Translations under genes and position numbers: made by a program
Shown: piece by piece, positions 39,250 through 53,726 of the stretch
How the letters are laid out: the number at the start of each line of letters is the position of its first letter
Position numbering within the stretch: position 1 is the stretch's first letter
Assembly (NCBI RefSeq): GCF_009914755.1
Contig: NC_060926.1
Source: the human T2T-CHM13v2.0 reference genome, Homo sapiens
DNA length: 64,000 nt
Strand: one strand, 5' to 3'
The notes under the pieces: generated by a model
Seen by the model: only the letters and a program-made list of their open reading frames with translations
What the model was told of the DNA's origin: nothing
The model's database searches: none

Positions 39250-40020
39250 GAAGGGAAATAAAAGGTATTATGGGAGGCAGAGGGATTAGTTTTAAAATGG
39301 TATATCAAAGGAGATGTCTTCAAAGAGGTAGCAATTGTAAAGGGCAAACAATAGATAAAAAACTACAACACTTTGAAATTGGGAAATGGGGCATTCCAGG
39401 GAAATGGAACATAAGACATGCAGATAAGAATACTACAATATGTACTTTTGAAAGCAGTTAGTTCTGCTTGCAGAAGTTTAGGAATTTAGAGGGATAAGTT
39501 GGTCTTGAATACCATGCTAAGGAATGTAAACTATTCCACAGGTAATAAGGAGTCACCAAGGTTAAGCTGTGCTTTAAAATAAACTGAAGTGCTTTAAAAT
39601 AAAATAGATTGGTCTGACACTTGTGTTAAATTGGGTTAACATAAGGAGTGGCTGAAGGTAGGGAAATCATTTAATCCAACTCTCTAGGTAAAAATAATGA
39701 GAGGCTGAGTTGTAGTAGGGGACTCCATCTTACAGAAATGAATTCCATCAGTCAATGTACCTAGGAGGAAAGTCGATTCACAGATAATACCAAGGCTTTA
39801 ACCTGAGTAACTGGTGAATAACATACTTAGTTTGAGAAGAAAATATTATACTAATTTAGTATTTGTTGAATTTAAGGTACCAACTAGACACTCAGGATTC
39901 TCTGGCCACTTGGTAAGACTGAATCATTTCAGTAAGCAGTCAGGTGATTGGAGAAAAAGGTACATGAAAGTGACCTGGGGAGAGATGATCATTGAAATCC
40001 AGGGAATGACTACATGATGA
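39250..40020 (-). mobile_element. L2 fragments
   Basis: 'ttgaataccatgctaaggaatg...', 'ccaaggctttaacctgagtaactgg...gttgaatttaaggtacc'. Confidence 0.55.
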
Positions 40021-40044
40021 TTTATACTATCATCATGCTAAGAG

Positions 40045-40445
40045 CATCTTAGCTGTCAGGGGCTCTCCTGAGGTGGTAGTCAAGATGGCAGTTGGGGGTG
40101 CAGTCATCTGAGGACTTGCCTGGGCTAACGGCTTCATTTTCAAGAAGCCTCAATGGCATAACTATTGAGTGGAGCCTTAGTTTATTGCAGGTTGACAACA
40201 GGCCTTGGCAACTCCCTCCATGAACCATTCATAAGCCTGCAAAAATGTCCTCACCACATGGCAACCAGCTTCCCTCAGAGCAGAAGATCCAAGAAAAAGA
40301 AAAAAGTAATAAGAAAGTCCCAGTGCTTTTTGTGCCCTAGTCAGAAGTTGTATACTATCACTTCTACTTTATTTAACTTATTAGATGTGGGGCCTTAAAT
40401 CCATTCACACTCATGGAGAGGGAGATTAGGCTCTGCCTCTTGAAT
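40045..40445 (-). mobile_element. MLT1F-like MaLR LTR fragment
   Basis: 'gtcctcaccacatggcaaccagcttccctcagagc...cacactcatggagagggagattaggctc'. Confidence 0.7.
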
Positions 40446-40469
40446 TGCCTGTTAGACTCTTAACAGCCA

Positions 40470-40586
40470 TCTCAGTTATCAAAGAGAAAAATACATAGCA
40501 TATATTTGGTTCAGTGCTATCTGCAGTTTCAGACACCCACTGGGGGTATTGAGATGTATACCCCACAGATAAAGGGTAATTACTAT
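40470..40586 (+). mobile_element. Tigger4 (Zombi)-like terminal fragment
   Basis: 'ggttcagtgctatctgcagtttcagacacccactgggggt...cccacagataaaggg' matches the Tigger4 end. Confidence 0.7.
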
Positions 40587-42124
40587 AATTCCTCTTCAAA
40601 AATTCTGTATCAATCTAACCAAAAGAATCTCATTGCTTTCATTTACCAAGAAATAATGACACCCTGCCCATCAGGAAGCCAAGAGCATCTCAGCTGGCTC
40701 AGGGGCTCAGTTTTTTTTCCTTAGTTCACCAATGCTTTTCAATCAGTTGTATAGAATTGCTCTTTAGGATCCAGCTCCTCCCCACAAACTCCTATTTTCC
40801 TTTTTTCTCTCATGCCAACAAAAGAATTGCTAGGCCCTGCTTCTATAAGTCTTAGCAGAAGCCATTATCAATCAATCTGAAGTTCAGACAAAACAAGGGT
40901 AGCACAGGAAGTACTGTTTTAAGTCTAAAGAATATCTTCTGACTGGACACTAAAAGAAAGGAGGGCCGTGTCCTGTTCCACTATCTGATATATCCCCAGT
41001 ACCTAAAAAATGTCTGGCACATAGGACCTCATATACAATATTTATTAATGATAGCAACAAATAAAAGTGAGTAGATAAGTGAAATGAATGAAACATCCTC
41101 TGTATGCTTTACCTTAAAAGATTGTGACTGATGAATTTGATGCCTTCATTCCCCCACACTTCCCAGGCCACAATACTGCTGCAACTTGTCTCTCTTATGT
41201 GTTTTCATCTTAGGGCCAATATCTGTTTATTCATTTTCATATGCTGTTTTATTCATTGTTCATTTACTTTCAAGCAGGTCCATGCAAATGACTGTTTTAG
41301 GAGCCATTTTACTCCCAATTAAAAAATAAATTTGTATAATTTCAATTGTGACACCAAGAGAAAAGCATATATAATATTACTGAAAATGTTGGTTTTGTGG
41401 TGAAAATAACATAGGTTGTCTGAAAAACAACCAAATCATTGATACAGACTCTCTCAGTAATATAAACCAAATTAGAGCCTCTGTATCTTTTTTTCTATGC
41501 AAAAATGGGTTTGATTGATTTGCCAAACAAAGATTTATTGTGTCTTCTATGTGGATATTTAAGAATAAGCAAAATAGATGTGGTTTCTATCCTGTCAGGA
41601 AACTCAGTATAGTTTTGCAGCAAGTCACACAAATATACACATTATTACAACTTAATGTCCAACCAAATTAAAATTTTGGAATTAAGAACATGAAAGAAAG
41701 AAAATATGATCCAATAAGAAAATACATAGAAAACATATTCTCTCCCCTTACAATTGAAATCTGAAAATGGACTATGTTGACATAAAGCTAGAAACCACTG
41801 GTTAGTGAGCACGTAAAGTCACTCAATGCACACTGGATGGTGATAGCACATGCTGTATGTATCACATACAGCATATGCTGTATGTAACACAAATGTATGT
41901 ACTATTTGTGTTAGAGATTGTCACTTGTTTTAATCAACTGAAAACTAGCTCCATAGAACTCCTATTCATGCCAAAATGGTAGAATATTTGAAACAATATA
42001 TTCTACATGACTAAATGTTATCTGGAATAACTTGAAAGTAAAATTTAATTATTCTACAGCCACAAAAGGAGACAGTAGAATTCAAATCTTGGTCATTTTA
42101 GCGGGGATCAAACCTCACCCCAGA

Positions 42125-43900
42125 ATTAGAAAGGGTCCTGGCAGTACGCAGATGCCACTCTTGAAATGGGTGATTTAAGGAGAGTTTAATAAAGGAGTTA
42201 GTTACACCTGGAGTAGGAAAGGTATAAGAAAACATAAAGGAGCATGCAGTATTCCCGAGCTAGGGGCAGTGGGTGTCATTACCCATCAGGCCTGCGGGGG
42301 CAAGAGAGTGGTGTGGGGTGGCCATCTGACAGGCTTATGGAAGTAGCTTATGAAAGTATGCTTATGGCTTAGGTAGTAGCTACTACCCAGAAAACCCATG
42401 CGGAACCATGAAAATAAGTCTCCCAACTTTACTTTTCTTTAGAACTCATGCTAGTGCTCCCCGTTGTATGAACAGAATGAGAAACTAGAAGAGAAGAAAG
42501 ATGACATAATTCTTTCTGGCCAGTCTTCTTAGGTACAGAGGTGAAAGGAGAAGTGAGGAGAGTTCATCTGGAGAAGCAATGAAAAGATTCCCAGGAAAGG
42601 CAATTAGTTCACTCCTACATCCACTTTGATTCTTTATTCAGACAAGAAGTTGGTCTCCCCAACAAAGTCCCATGAGCTACTTATCATGACCATGTTACTA
42701 CCTGAAACCTAAATTATAAGCCATTATCAGTTCTTTTTTTCCACAGAAGGTAGTTGGGGAGGTAGTAAAGAAAGGGAGAAAGAAGCAATTAACTGTGTTA
42801 GTCTGTTCTCACACTGCTGTGAAGAATTACCTGAGAACGGATAATTTATGAAGAAAAAAGGTTTAATTGGCTGATAGTTCCACAGGGTGCACATGAAGCA
42901 TGGCTGGGAGACCTCAAGAAATTTACAATAATGGCAGAAGTCAAAGGGAAAGTAAGCACATCTTAACATGGCAGAGCAGGAGAGTGAAAGAGAGAGAGAG
43001 AGAGCAAGAGCAACAGTAAAGGGGGAAATACTACAACCTTTCAAACAACCACATCTCATGAGAACTCCATCACAAGAACAGCAAGGAGGAAGCCCACCCC
43101 CATTTTTCAATCACACCCAGCTAGGCACCTTCCCTGACACATGGGGATTACAATTTGACATGAGATTTGGGTGGGGACACAGAGCCAAACTATATCACTA
43201 ACATAAAACAGAATTGCTACAGTTGCTGCTTCTACAGCCAGTCACAAGATCTGTGCTAGTAATCATAGTTGCCACTAACTATTCTCTATTCCCTTATCCT
43301 ATGTAAGCACCTCAATTATATAGGGCTCTTTAGATAGTGAGATGACCCAAATCATCATTACTGGGGAATATGAGTCCTTCGTGATCTTTATTGGGTTTTC
43401 ATGGTTTTCCATTGACCAGGATAATTGAGCAAGAAAATACTTAGAGATGACCTAGTGAATTTTCTGGGCTCCAAGTATAGTTCTCTTTGCCCTCCTTGAC
43501 ATTCCTTTCTAGAGCACAGCCACAGTTTCAGATAATGGGCATATCATAAGACCAGTTACACTTCTTTTCTGTAAAAGGTTCTCTGGTTGGAGGTAATGTT
43601 AGGTGGGATATCATGATAAGGCATAAATGTAAGTCAAAAAGTGGTAATGCTCTCTGAAGTCCTCCAGGCAAGAAAGAAAAACCTGTTCCTGAAATTTGAG
43701 AATATTCCTAAGAAAATAAAGCACTCCTTTAGCCATGAAGGAAGAGATCAAATGTAATCAACTGGCTACCAGGTAGACAGATGAAGCCTCCAGGAATTGC
43801 TCCCATATCAATACTTGACTTTAGGCTCTCTTGGCAGGTGGGAACTCAACAGTGGCAGTCACAACAGGAGCCTGGGCAAGACCATGTTGTTGAGTGTATA
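42125..43900 (-). mobile_element. Old ERVL remnant (LTR41-like LTR plus internal fragments), interrupted by MSTA
   Basis: 'gggtcctggcag...cagatgccactc...gagagtttaataaagg' LTR-type start; ERVL-internal-like 'tcaactggctaccaggtag...ttggcaggtgggaactcaacagtggcagt'. Confidence 0.5.
42794..43197 (-). mobile_element. MSTA solo LTR
   Basis: 'tgtgttagtctgttctcacactgct...gagatttgggtggggacacagagccaaactatatca'; TSD ttaac/ctaac. Confidence 0.9.
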
Positions 43901-44427
43901 AGGCTTATTTTCTGATTAAGATGCAGTCTTCTAAGACCAAAGAGATTCAGAGAAAAAGGTCGAGAACTATGCGCCAAGTCTGGCTTAATTTAGGCTTTAA
44001 AAATATCCAACCTCTCTTCTAAAATACAGTACCCAGATACCTCAAAGTTTTCCAAGAAAGGGGATAATGGATTCCTAATTCAAGTAAAGGCAGGGAAATA
44101 TGTGACGATTCAATTCATCAGGCCCCTACCCATGTGGAGGATCTCTTCCTCTTGCAAATTTTGGAGGTTATAGGTTTTTTATTAAAAGACAAGTTGGGTA
44201 GAAGATATTGCATATTGGATGAGTTGCAATCCCCCAACCTCTCTTTCAGCATTGTTTCTATTCTACAGGCTCTCTATATACAAATTGTGGTCCACATATC
44301 AAGAGTATTGTTATCACCTGTGATCTTGTTGGCATTGTTCTACAGACCTAATAATCAGAATCTGCAGTATAACATGATCCCCAGGTGATTTAGATACATA
44401 CTAAATTTTGAGAAGTACTGCTACAGA

Positions 44428-45005
44428 CTTCTTTTCCCAGTATCCTGTCATAGAGTTTGTTGCACGACCTATGTTCTGCCAAGCAGATACACCTGCATGT
44501 GTGCAAGACTTGGAGAAATAAACTGAACAATTTCACATAGCAGTAGTTTTCAAACTTTAGCCTGTATCAGAAACACACATCATTAGGCCTCATGCCCAGA
44601 GTATCTGATTACATAGGTCTGGAGCACGGTAAGAGAATTTGCATTTCTAACAAGTTACCAGGTGATGCTGATACTGCTAGTTCAGGGACCACACTTTGAA
44701 AACTGCTCTCAAACAGCATCGTGGCAGGGGTGTTTGGTTCTTCTGAGGCCAATAGCAGTGACAACACTTGCCCAATGCAACATCCTTCTGATTGTGGCAG
44801 AAGCACTGGGGTTCTGAGGCCAATGGCAGCAGCAGCTTCCTTAGCAAGCCAGTTTTTCAGTGTGGTTCTGGGCATCGTTCCCAGAAGCTCAGCCTAGAGT
44901 CTGTACTTTTAACTTTCCCAATAATTTTGTGAACTATCATAAATCCCTTTCCAACTAAACTTGTTAGGTCAGATTCTGTTGCCTACAACTAAGAACCTGG
45001 CCAAT
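44428..45005 (+). mobile_element. LTR33-like ERVL LTR with a nested MER5A (~44541-44706)
   Basis: 'gtgtggttctgggcatcgttcccagaagctcagcctagagtctg...gattctgttgcctacaactaagaac' plus MER5A core 'gagaatttgcatttctaacaagttaccaggtgatgctgat'. Confidence 0.7.
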
Positions 45006-45330
45006 GTTTCTCATACATATACTTAGCAAAGAGGTCTTAGAGATTATTTTTATTGTTGAGCCCACTTCACCTTGAAAGGCCAGCAGACAAAAGGGACAAG
45101 ACTTAGCTAAAGCCTTAGTCAAAAATAAAGAGTATATTTAAATAGTGTCTCCTGCGTCATATATTTTAGGAACCCAATCACAGTAGCAGGTGACTGGAGT
45201 CTGACTGCAGCACAGGTGAAGAATTCTCAGCATCTAGCATTGTCCAGAGGACCTAACCTCAATTCCTGAGGCATGACTAACATCTGCATTATGTAAAGCT
45301 TAATATAGTGATTAAAAAGATCACATTTTA

Positions 45331-45648
45331 GGCTGGGCACGGTGACTAATGACTCTAATCCCAGCACTTTGGGAGGCTGAGGCGGGTAGATCACCTGAGC
45401 CTAGCTAGGAGTTTGAGACCAGCCTGACCAACATGGTGAAACACTGTCTCTACTAAAAAATACGAAAAAAAAAATTAGATGGACATGGTGGTGCTCACCA
45501 GTAATCCCAGCTACTTGATGCTGAGGCACAAGAAGAATCACTTAAACCCGGGAGGCGGAGGTTGCAGTGAGCCAACATCACACCACTGCACTCCAGCCTG
45601 GGCAACAGAGCAACACCCTGTCTCAGGAAAAAAATGAAAGAAAGAAAA
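45331..45648 (+). mobile_element. AluS (older, diverged), first member of an inverted pair
   Basis: Full Alu body plus A-rich tail; preceded by aaaaagatcacatttta. Confidence 0.93.
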
Positions 45649-45659
45649 ATCACATTTTA

Positions 45660-45958
<299 letters not shown>

Positions 45959-46708
45959 ATAAAAGATCACATTTTAAATATCCATTGAGAAGAAATCTCT
46001 GTTGGGTATCCAAACCATATCATGAATTAGCAATGAAAGGCTTGACTTTTGATCATGCATAAACATATATTTAAAATAATCTTTCACAGCTAATGAGGCT
46101 AATTATATGTACTAACTAATCTTCCTCTGAAAAGCAGGGCTTGCAACTGAATTATGACACCACTGTTGAGTTCTGGCTTTCCAAATACTACCACACAACT
46201 GTTGATTAGGCAAAGCTGAGTTCATTGCTTACAACATAAGGCAGGATGCCCCTCCCCTACAAAAGTGCCTTGGCAGTGTCCCAATTTATTGGGAATTGGA
46301 AGTTTGGGTTAAGGTAGGTCTTTCAATTTGGAGGTTGTGGACAGTAGTACAAGCAAGATGGGGTTGGTTAGGATTTGGTGAAGATCATGAAACAGCAAGG
46401 CAAGGATTTTTGAGATTAAGAATTCAAAGAATTTGAGGATGCAAACTGTATGTTGATGTTTTCCATGAAAAGTTAAACCCAATAGCCTGGGCAAGAGTTT
46501 CATAGAAAAAGTAAGTTATGTTAATGCAGACAGTAAGTTATGAGGAGTAAATGGTCTTAGTTTTCAGTGTCTAAGCTTTGTGGAGCATCAGGCCACTGAT
46601 TTTGGTTCTTATATACTACCAGAAAGTGAAATCCTTCAGGAAGGAACCTTCTACTACAAGTGCCTAGTAAGCACCTGGTACTCAATAAATGTTTGTCAGC
46701 TGCCCCAC

Positions 46709-46774
46709 TGGATGGATTGATGGATGGATGGGCGGGTGGATGGATGAATGAATGGATGGATGGATGGGTGGATG
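46709..46774. repeat. Imperfect (TGGA)n simple repeat, probably an L2-tail derivative
   Basis: tggatggattgatggatggatgggcgggtggatggatgaatgaatggatgg..., preceded by 'ctcaataaatgtttg'. Confidence 0.9.
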
Positions 46775-47292
46775 TATGAATTCATAATGGTTTTATCTGC
46801 AGAATCACAGAAGGATCCAGTCAGAATCGGGGGCTATCCAATATTTTCTCATATGGCAAAGAATTTTGTAGTTATAATACAAAGCCAACAGGAAAGGAGG
46901 TTTCTGGTGGGTCATAGGGAGAGTAAGTTGCTACAGTATAAATTATAAAATTTCAGTCTGAAAAGGAGATGGGGCTCCTTCTGTAAAAAATCAGTTTAGA
47001 GTGTTCTTAAATGCCAGACATGCAGACAACAAAAGCGTTTGACAGGATTATGATCTCAGAGTCAGCGTAGGGTAGATCAATATGGGGGAGTGAATGCCAT
47101 CTCCAAAAACACTACATCTTGGCGTATGTTTATGATTTACATTAGCCCCAAGAGAAATCAGAGGGGAAGAAGTCTTCAATTTGACTGTATTTAAAATCAA
47201 CATCACTGAGAAACCACTAAAACTGTAAGTAGCTAAATGAAGTTTTCTGCTTCAGACTGAAAAGGGGGCTCAAGATGAAAATTGTCTAGTTA

Positions 47293-50025
47293 ACAGCTGA
47301 ATTCTACCAGAGGTACAAAGAGGAGCTGTTGCCATTTTTTTCTGAAACTATTCCAAACAATTGAAAAGGAGAGACTCCTCCCTAACTCATTCTTGGAGGC
47401 CAGCATCATCCTGATACCACAACCTGGAAGAGACGTAACAAAAAAAAAGAACACTTCAGGCCAATATCCCTGATAAACAATGATGCAAAAATTCTCTGCA
47501 GCACACCAGCATGGCACATGTATACATATGTAACTAACCTGCACAATGTGCACACGTACCCTAAAACTTAAAGTATAATAATAAAAGAAAAAAAAATTCT
47601 CAATAAAATACTGGCAAGCCAAATCCAGCAGCACATTAAAAAGCTTATCCACCACGATCAAGTCGGCTTCATCCCTGGGATGCCAGGCTGGTTCAACATA
47701 CACAAATCAATAAACGTAATCCATCACATAAACAGAACCAATGACAAAAACTACATGATGCATCTATTGACAAATGATGCAGAAAAGGCCTTCAAAAAAA
47801 TTCAACATCGCTTCATGTTAAAAACTCTCAATAAACTAGGTATTTATGGAACATATCTCAAAGTAATAAGAGCTATTTATGACAAACCCATAGCCGAAAT
47901 CATACTGAATGGGCAAAAAGTGGAAATAGTCCCTTTGAAAACTGGCACAAGACAAGGATAACCTCTCTCACCACTCCTATTCAACATAGTATTGGAAGTT
48001 CTGGCCAGGGCAATCAGGCAGGAGAAAGAAATAAATGCATTCAAATAGGAAGAGAGGAAGTCAAATTGTCTTTGTTTGCAGAAGACACGATTGTATATTT
48101 AGAAAACCCTATCATCTCAGCCCAAAACTCCTTAAGCTGATAAGCAACTTCAGGAAACTCAGGATACAAAATCAATGTGCAAAAATCACAAGCATTCCTA
48201 TACACCAACACTAGACAAGCAGAGAGGCAAATCATGAATGAACCCTCATTCACAACTGCCACAAAGAAAATAAAATACCTAGGAATACAGCTTACAAGAG
48301 ACATGAAGGACCTCTTCAAGAACTACAAACCACTGCCCAAGGAAATAAGAGAGGACACAAACAAATGGAAAAATATTCCATGCTCATGGATAGGAAGAAT
48401 CAACATCATGAAAATGGCCATACACCCAACATAATTTATAGATTCAGTGCTATTCCATCAAACTACCATTGACTTTCTTCACAGAATTAGAAAGAAACTA
48501 CTTTAAATTTCATATGGAACCGAAAAAGAGCCCATATAGCCAAGACAATCCTAAGCAGAAAGAGCAAAGCTGGAGGCATCACGCTACCTGATTTCAAACT
48601 ATACTACAAGGCTACAGTAACCAAAACAGCATGTTACTGGTACTAAAAGAGGCATATAGACCAATGGAACAGAACAGAGACCTCAGAAATAACACCACAC
48701 ATCTACAACCATCTGATCTTGGACAAACCTGACAAAAACAAGCAAAGGGGAATGGATTCCCTATTTAATAAATGGTGCTGGGGAAACTGGCTAGCCATAT
48801 GTGGAAAACTGAAACTGGGCCCCTTTCTTACACCTTATACAAAAATTAATTCAAGATGGATTAAAGACTTAAATGTCAAGCCCAAAACTATTAAAAACCC
48901 CAGAAGAAAACCTAAGGAATACCACTCAGGACATAGACATGGGCAAAGACTTCATGATGAAAACACAAAAAGGAATTGCAACAAAAGCCAAAATTGCCAG
49001 GTGAGATCTAATTCAACTAAAGAGCTTCTGCACAGCAAAATAAACTAGCATCAGAATGAACAGGCACCCTACAGAATGGGAGAAAATTTTTGCAATCTAC
49101 CCATCTGACAAAGGTCTAATATCCAGAATCTACAAGGAACTTAAACAAATTTACAAGAAAGAATGAACCCCATCAAAAAGTGGGCAAAGTACATGAACAG
49201 ACACTTCTCAAAAGAAGGCATTTATGTGGCCAACAAATACATGAAAAAAGTTCATCATCACTGATCATTAGAAAAATGAAAATCAAAACTGCAATGAAAT
49301 ACCATCCCACACCAATCAGAATGGCATTTATTAAAAAGTCAGGAAACAATAGATGCTGGTGAGGCTGTGGAGAAATAGGAATGCTTTTACACTGTTGGTG
49401 GGAATGTAAATCAGTTGAACCATTGTGGAAGACAAGGTGGTGATTCCTCAAGGATCTGGATCCAGAAATACCATTTGACCCAGCAATCCCATTACTGGGT
49501 ATACAACCAAAGGAATATAAATCCTTCTACTATAAAGACACATGCACACATATGTTTACTGCAACACTATTTACAATAGCGAAGACATGGAACCAACCCA
49601 AATGCCCATCAGTGATAGACTAGATAAAGAAAATGTGGTACATATACACCATGGAATACTAGGCAGCCATGAAAAAGAATGAAATTACGTTTTTAGAAGG
49701 GACATCAATGAAGCTTGAAGACATCATCTTCAGCATACTAACACAGGAACAAAAAAACCAAACACTGCATGTTCTCAGTCATAACTGGGAGTTGAACAAT
49801 GAGAACACATGGACACAAGGAGGGGAACAACACACACCAGGGCCTGTTGCGGGGTTGGGGGCAAGGGAAGGGAAAGCTTTAGGACAAATACCTAATGCAT
49901 GCAGGGCTTAAAACTTTGATGATGGGTTGATAGGTGCAGCAAACTACCCTGGCACATGTATACCTAGGTAACAAACAAGCACATTGTATACATGCATCCT
50001 ATAATTTAATGTAAAATAAAAAAAA
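47293..50025 (+). mobile_element. 5'-truncated L1PA8-like LINE-1 (dead ORF2 RT/C-terminal region plus 3'UTR)
   Basis: ORF2 remnants ([39 protein letters not shown]); RT motif FADD degenerated to FAED at ~48075; PA8-type 3'UTR 'ggacaaatacctaatgcatgc'; TSD core ttgtctagtta at 47282-47292 and 50027-50037. Confidence 0.93.
47497..47591 (+). mobile_element. 95-bp young L1 3' end (L1PA2/pre-Ta-like) nested in the L1PA8
   Basis: 'caccagcatggcacatgtatacatatgtaactaacctgcacaatgtgcac...aaaacttaaagtataat' plus A tail; perfect TSD aaaaattctc at 47487-47496 and 47592-47601. Confidence 0.92.
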
Positions 50026-53000
50026 TTTGTCTAGTTACAGAAACATAAAGAAAGTAATATTTTGGCATCTCTGTGACTCACGCAGTTTGTACACTGCTAC
50101 ATAACATACATTTTCTCTCCAATAAAAGGGTTCAGCTCCAAAAATCCCTGTGTCAGGAGAATTCACATTTCCAAAAATAAGTATAAATAAATAAGCTTTT
50201 AAGAGAAAGTTAAGACTGGCCCATCAAGGTTGTGGATTAACCTATGAAAGTTTTTATAAGTATAGTTTTTTTCTTTATTGAAAGCCAAACAATAAAGAAT
50301 AGCATAATAAAACATCTCCCCAGCATTTTCAACAACATACCTGTGTATTTATTATGCCTTATGGTAGACAATATGCCTCGGCCCTGCCCTATACATATTA
50401 TACTCCACATAAGTTACAAGGCTTTCTGGGTAGGTGAATGACTCCTTGACTCCTGTCTCCTGAATCACACAGTGACCCTAAAGAAGTACAGTAACTTGGC
50501 TGGAAAAAGCCTTAGGCAACTTTTATTTCAGTTACTACGCATATCAAAAAGTTACCTCTTAGGGCTTCCTTATACTCACTCACAGAACTTTAGCTCTGCT
50601 TATGGGGCTAGAACACATTCACCTCTCCTTCCTCCAGCCAATATGATGCAATTCTAACTTTGCTTCAGCCACCTTAATTTCTCCCAAAGCTGCATTTTAA
50701 AAACCATTCTCCTGCTCTGCCACCTGCTTTACTTCTTTTTTGCCTTTTCAAATTCGCAAGTCCTTACTCCCTCTTTTTCAAATTATCCCCAACAGGTGTG
50801 CATCTAATCAAAGTAAGATTTTCCTGATTGTGGAAAAGTGTACAAAAGTAAATTCACAGATGTACAATTTCATGAAAGAGAAATTGAATTTGGCAAGGGC
50901 TTTTTATAAATGCAATTATGTGTGAAAAGTGCTACAGTAGTGCTGTGGACAAAGTGCTAGGGAACCATTTGAAAAAACTTTTAAGCTTAAGCACCAGGCA
51001 GCTGGAGTCAAGAACAATTTCTTGTGGTAGAAACCTTTGCCAAGAGAATTCACATTTCTACATAATAAGTCTTTAAGGAAAACATAAGATTGGAAAACCA
51101 AGGTTCTGCGTGAAACTATGAAAGTTATTGTAACTAACTTTCAGTAGAGACTGGCTCTGTGCTTATAAATCTGCTGATAAGAAAACTACAGTCAAATTAA
51201 CATGTTTCATTTACTTATCCATTCATTCAACAAATATTATTAAGAGCCTAATATACTCTTACTTCTGTGTTGAGTACTGGCAATGTAAGGGTAAGTAAAT
51301 ACACATCCTGACCCTGCACTGGATGATCTTTAGAGTTTGGATTTCCCATGCAACAGCTGACTTTTGCCCATAGAAAGCAACAGACCCGAGGGAGAAAAAG
51401 AAAAAAATCTTCAATTTGCTGTGCTTTTTAAATTAAATAATTACATCTAAAAGAAGATCAAATTTTTGTGCTTATGTCCATTTAACATTTTATGCTACTT
51501 TATAATTTCTTACCTTAACACTTTTTTCCTGATACTTTAAAATTTAATCTTTAGTTTGTATCCCTCTTTCAGAAAGCTGGATACTATGAAATAACATCAG
51601 GCTACATTCCTTTCACCAATAAAATCTAAAATCATTGTCATGGGAAGGTCATGATTCTCCCATTTCAATAGGACTAGTGATCTACTCCACTCATGATGTG
51701 GGAGAAACCATATTCAGTCTTCACTGGAACTGGGGCATTCATTGATTTATGAATACATGGATGCATGCAGGAATTCATTACAACAAATATTTGAAGAGAA
51801 ATTACCATATGCTTAGCATTGAACTGAACCATGAGGATATATAGGGTAATAAAGGATAGGACCTGCCAACTAACTGCTGCTATTACTATTAATAATAATA
51901 ATAATAATTGAATATCAGTGCTATAAAGTATGAACAAATTACTTTTGGAGGAAGGATTGACTGGACCTACCAAAGTAGATGGATAAAAATTTCACAGAAG
52001 AACAAATATTTGATTTAGTCCTGTGTTAATTTGGCCCTAAAATATAATTTGTGATTAAAATAGGATCTTGTGAATGTGTAGCTCCCATATTCTTTAGCAT
52101 TGTGTTTGCTTATTGACAGTATATTTAATTCTACATTTTCTTTGAAGTAAGCCCCCCATAAGCAATAAGAAATGTTACTTAATTTGACTAGCCTGTTGTG
52201 AAGCACATTTTAAAACCCAACTTTTCCTAATGAATACTCAACCTCTAGGTATTATCGTTTGAATAAACTGTTCTAATTAATGCTTTGTTGTAAATAGCTT
52301 CTTGACTTCTACATAAAGTTAATCAAGTTGGATCTTAGAGTACTATCTGATGGTGTCCAGCATGACAATGATGTTTTCTAATAGGTGGCTCCTCTGAAAA
52401 TAAGTTTTATGAAGGTCTAGCCAATAGTCTCTCAGCTGTCATTATGGTATTGCCCTAAATCTTCTTGGCAAATAGTTATAGTACTAGTTAGTACTACTGG
52501 AACAGAGAATCAGTCATAACCCCAATACTCAATACATAACCATGGTAATTGAGCTTGAAGATTGATAACAACATTGCAGAACAATAAAGTGTTTTACTTC
52601 CTAAGAATAGACTGTGTAACTCTAAACTCTGAGCCTTCTAGAAGGAAGGCTGCCCCTGAGAAATTGACATCAGGGAATTGGCTTTTTTACCCTCTCAATA
52701 CGATTTCACAGATATCCTGAAAAGTTGCCTGCATTTGGAAGGCATGCAAATACTCCAAGTGTCCTGAGCAGTCGAGAATAGGCAGACAGAAAGAAAATCC
52801 CAGTGAGAATGGCAAAGAGAAGTTCCCAAAATACTTGCTCATATTCTCACTCCAGCCAAGTGATTTCATTGGCAGTGGGTCATCATTGTGGAAACCTGAA
52901 GTCCATTGAAACTTCCTCCAACAAAGGGCAGTATGGCTTTTCATCCCCTCTAAATGCTTCATACATTATAGCCTTAACATAAAATACAGGACTTACATTC

Positions 53001-53726
53001 TTCTATCCATTAGCATTTCTCTATGGATCAACATAAGCCTGAGATGACTGCACAGGCTATTATCTGGTATGTTAAAGAAATACAGTTGATCTTGACTTAA
53101 AATTGTTCTACACCATTAACTTCCAATGCCACCACTCTCTGCATTTGACCCAGTAAAAGTAAGACCTAAAGATAAAGCAATAAAATAAAAAAGGGTGCCA
53201 CCACTTCTTTATTACACCCCTTTCTTGGGTAATCAGAGTGCTGTTTTTGTAACATACCCTTGTACCCTACAATCTTTCTAAATCCTTTCCATGAAAGCAA
53301 CTCACAGGAAATAATTGGGAAGAAAGGAGGGCGAAAATGTCAATGCACATCGTACCTTTGAAATTCTGATCCCCAGAAGTAAAGAGTTACACACAGACAA
53401 AAAGAACTCTGAAAATAGTATATGCTGCAAATAAAATTTTTCTATTTCCCCAGTCATTTGGCCACATCTGGTGGTAAAGGATGCTGGAGAATACAGTCTA
53501 GCTGATGACAAAGAGTAAAAATGTTTTATTAAACAGCTGACAGTCTCTGCCTCTGACAGTACAGTACTAGATTAATTCCATACAGATAAAAGAATTTTCT
53601 CAGAAACTGGCACATCATCCTACCTTCCTGCTATATATCTATGTAAGGAATTTTTCCATTGTTCAGGACTATGGTGACTGTAACCGGCACCTGGACCACT
53701 TTGGGTCTATCAAGCTTAAAATGTTA

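Noticed and set aside
46160-46610. Possible ancient LTR
   Set aside because: LTR-like composition, but I could not identify the family, termini or TSD with confidence.
47680-49911. Reverse-transcriptase-like ORFs
   Set aside because: Frameshifted, 5'-truncated L1 ORF2 pieces; the catalytic FADD motif reads FAED.
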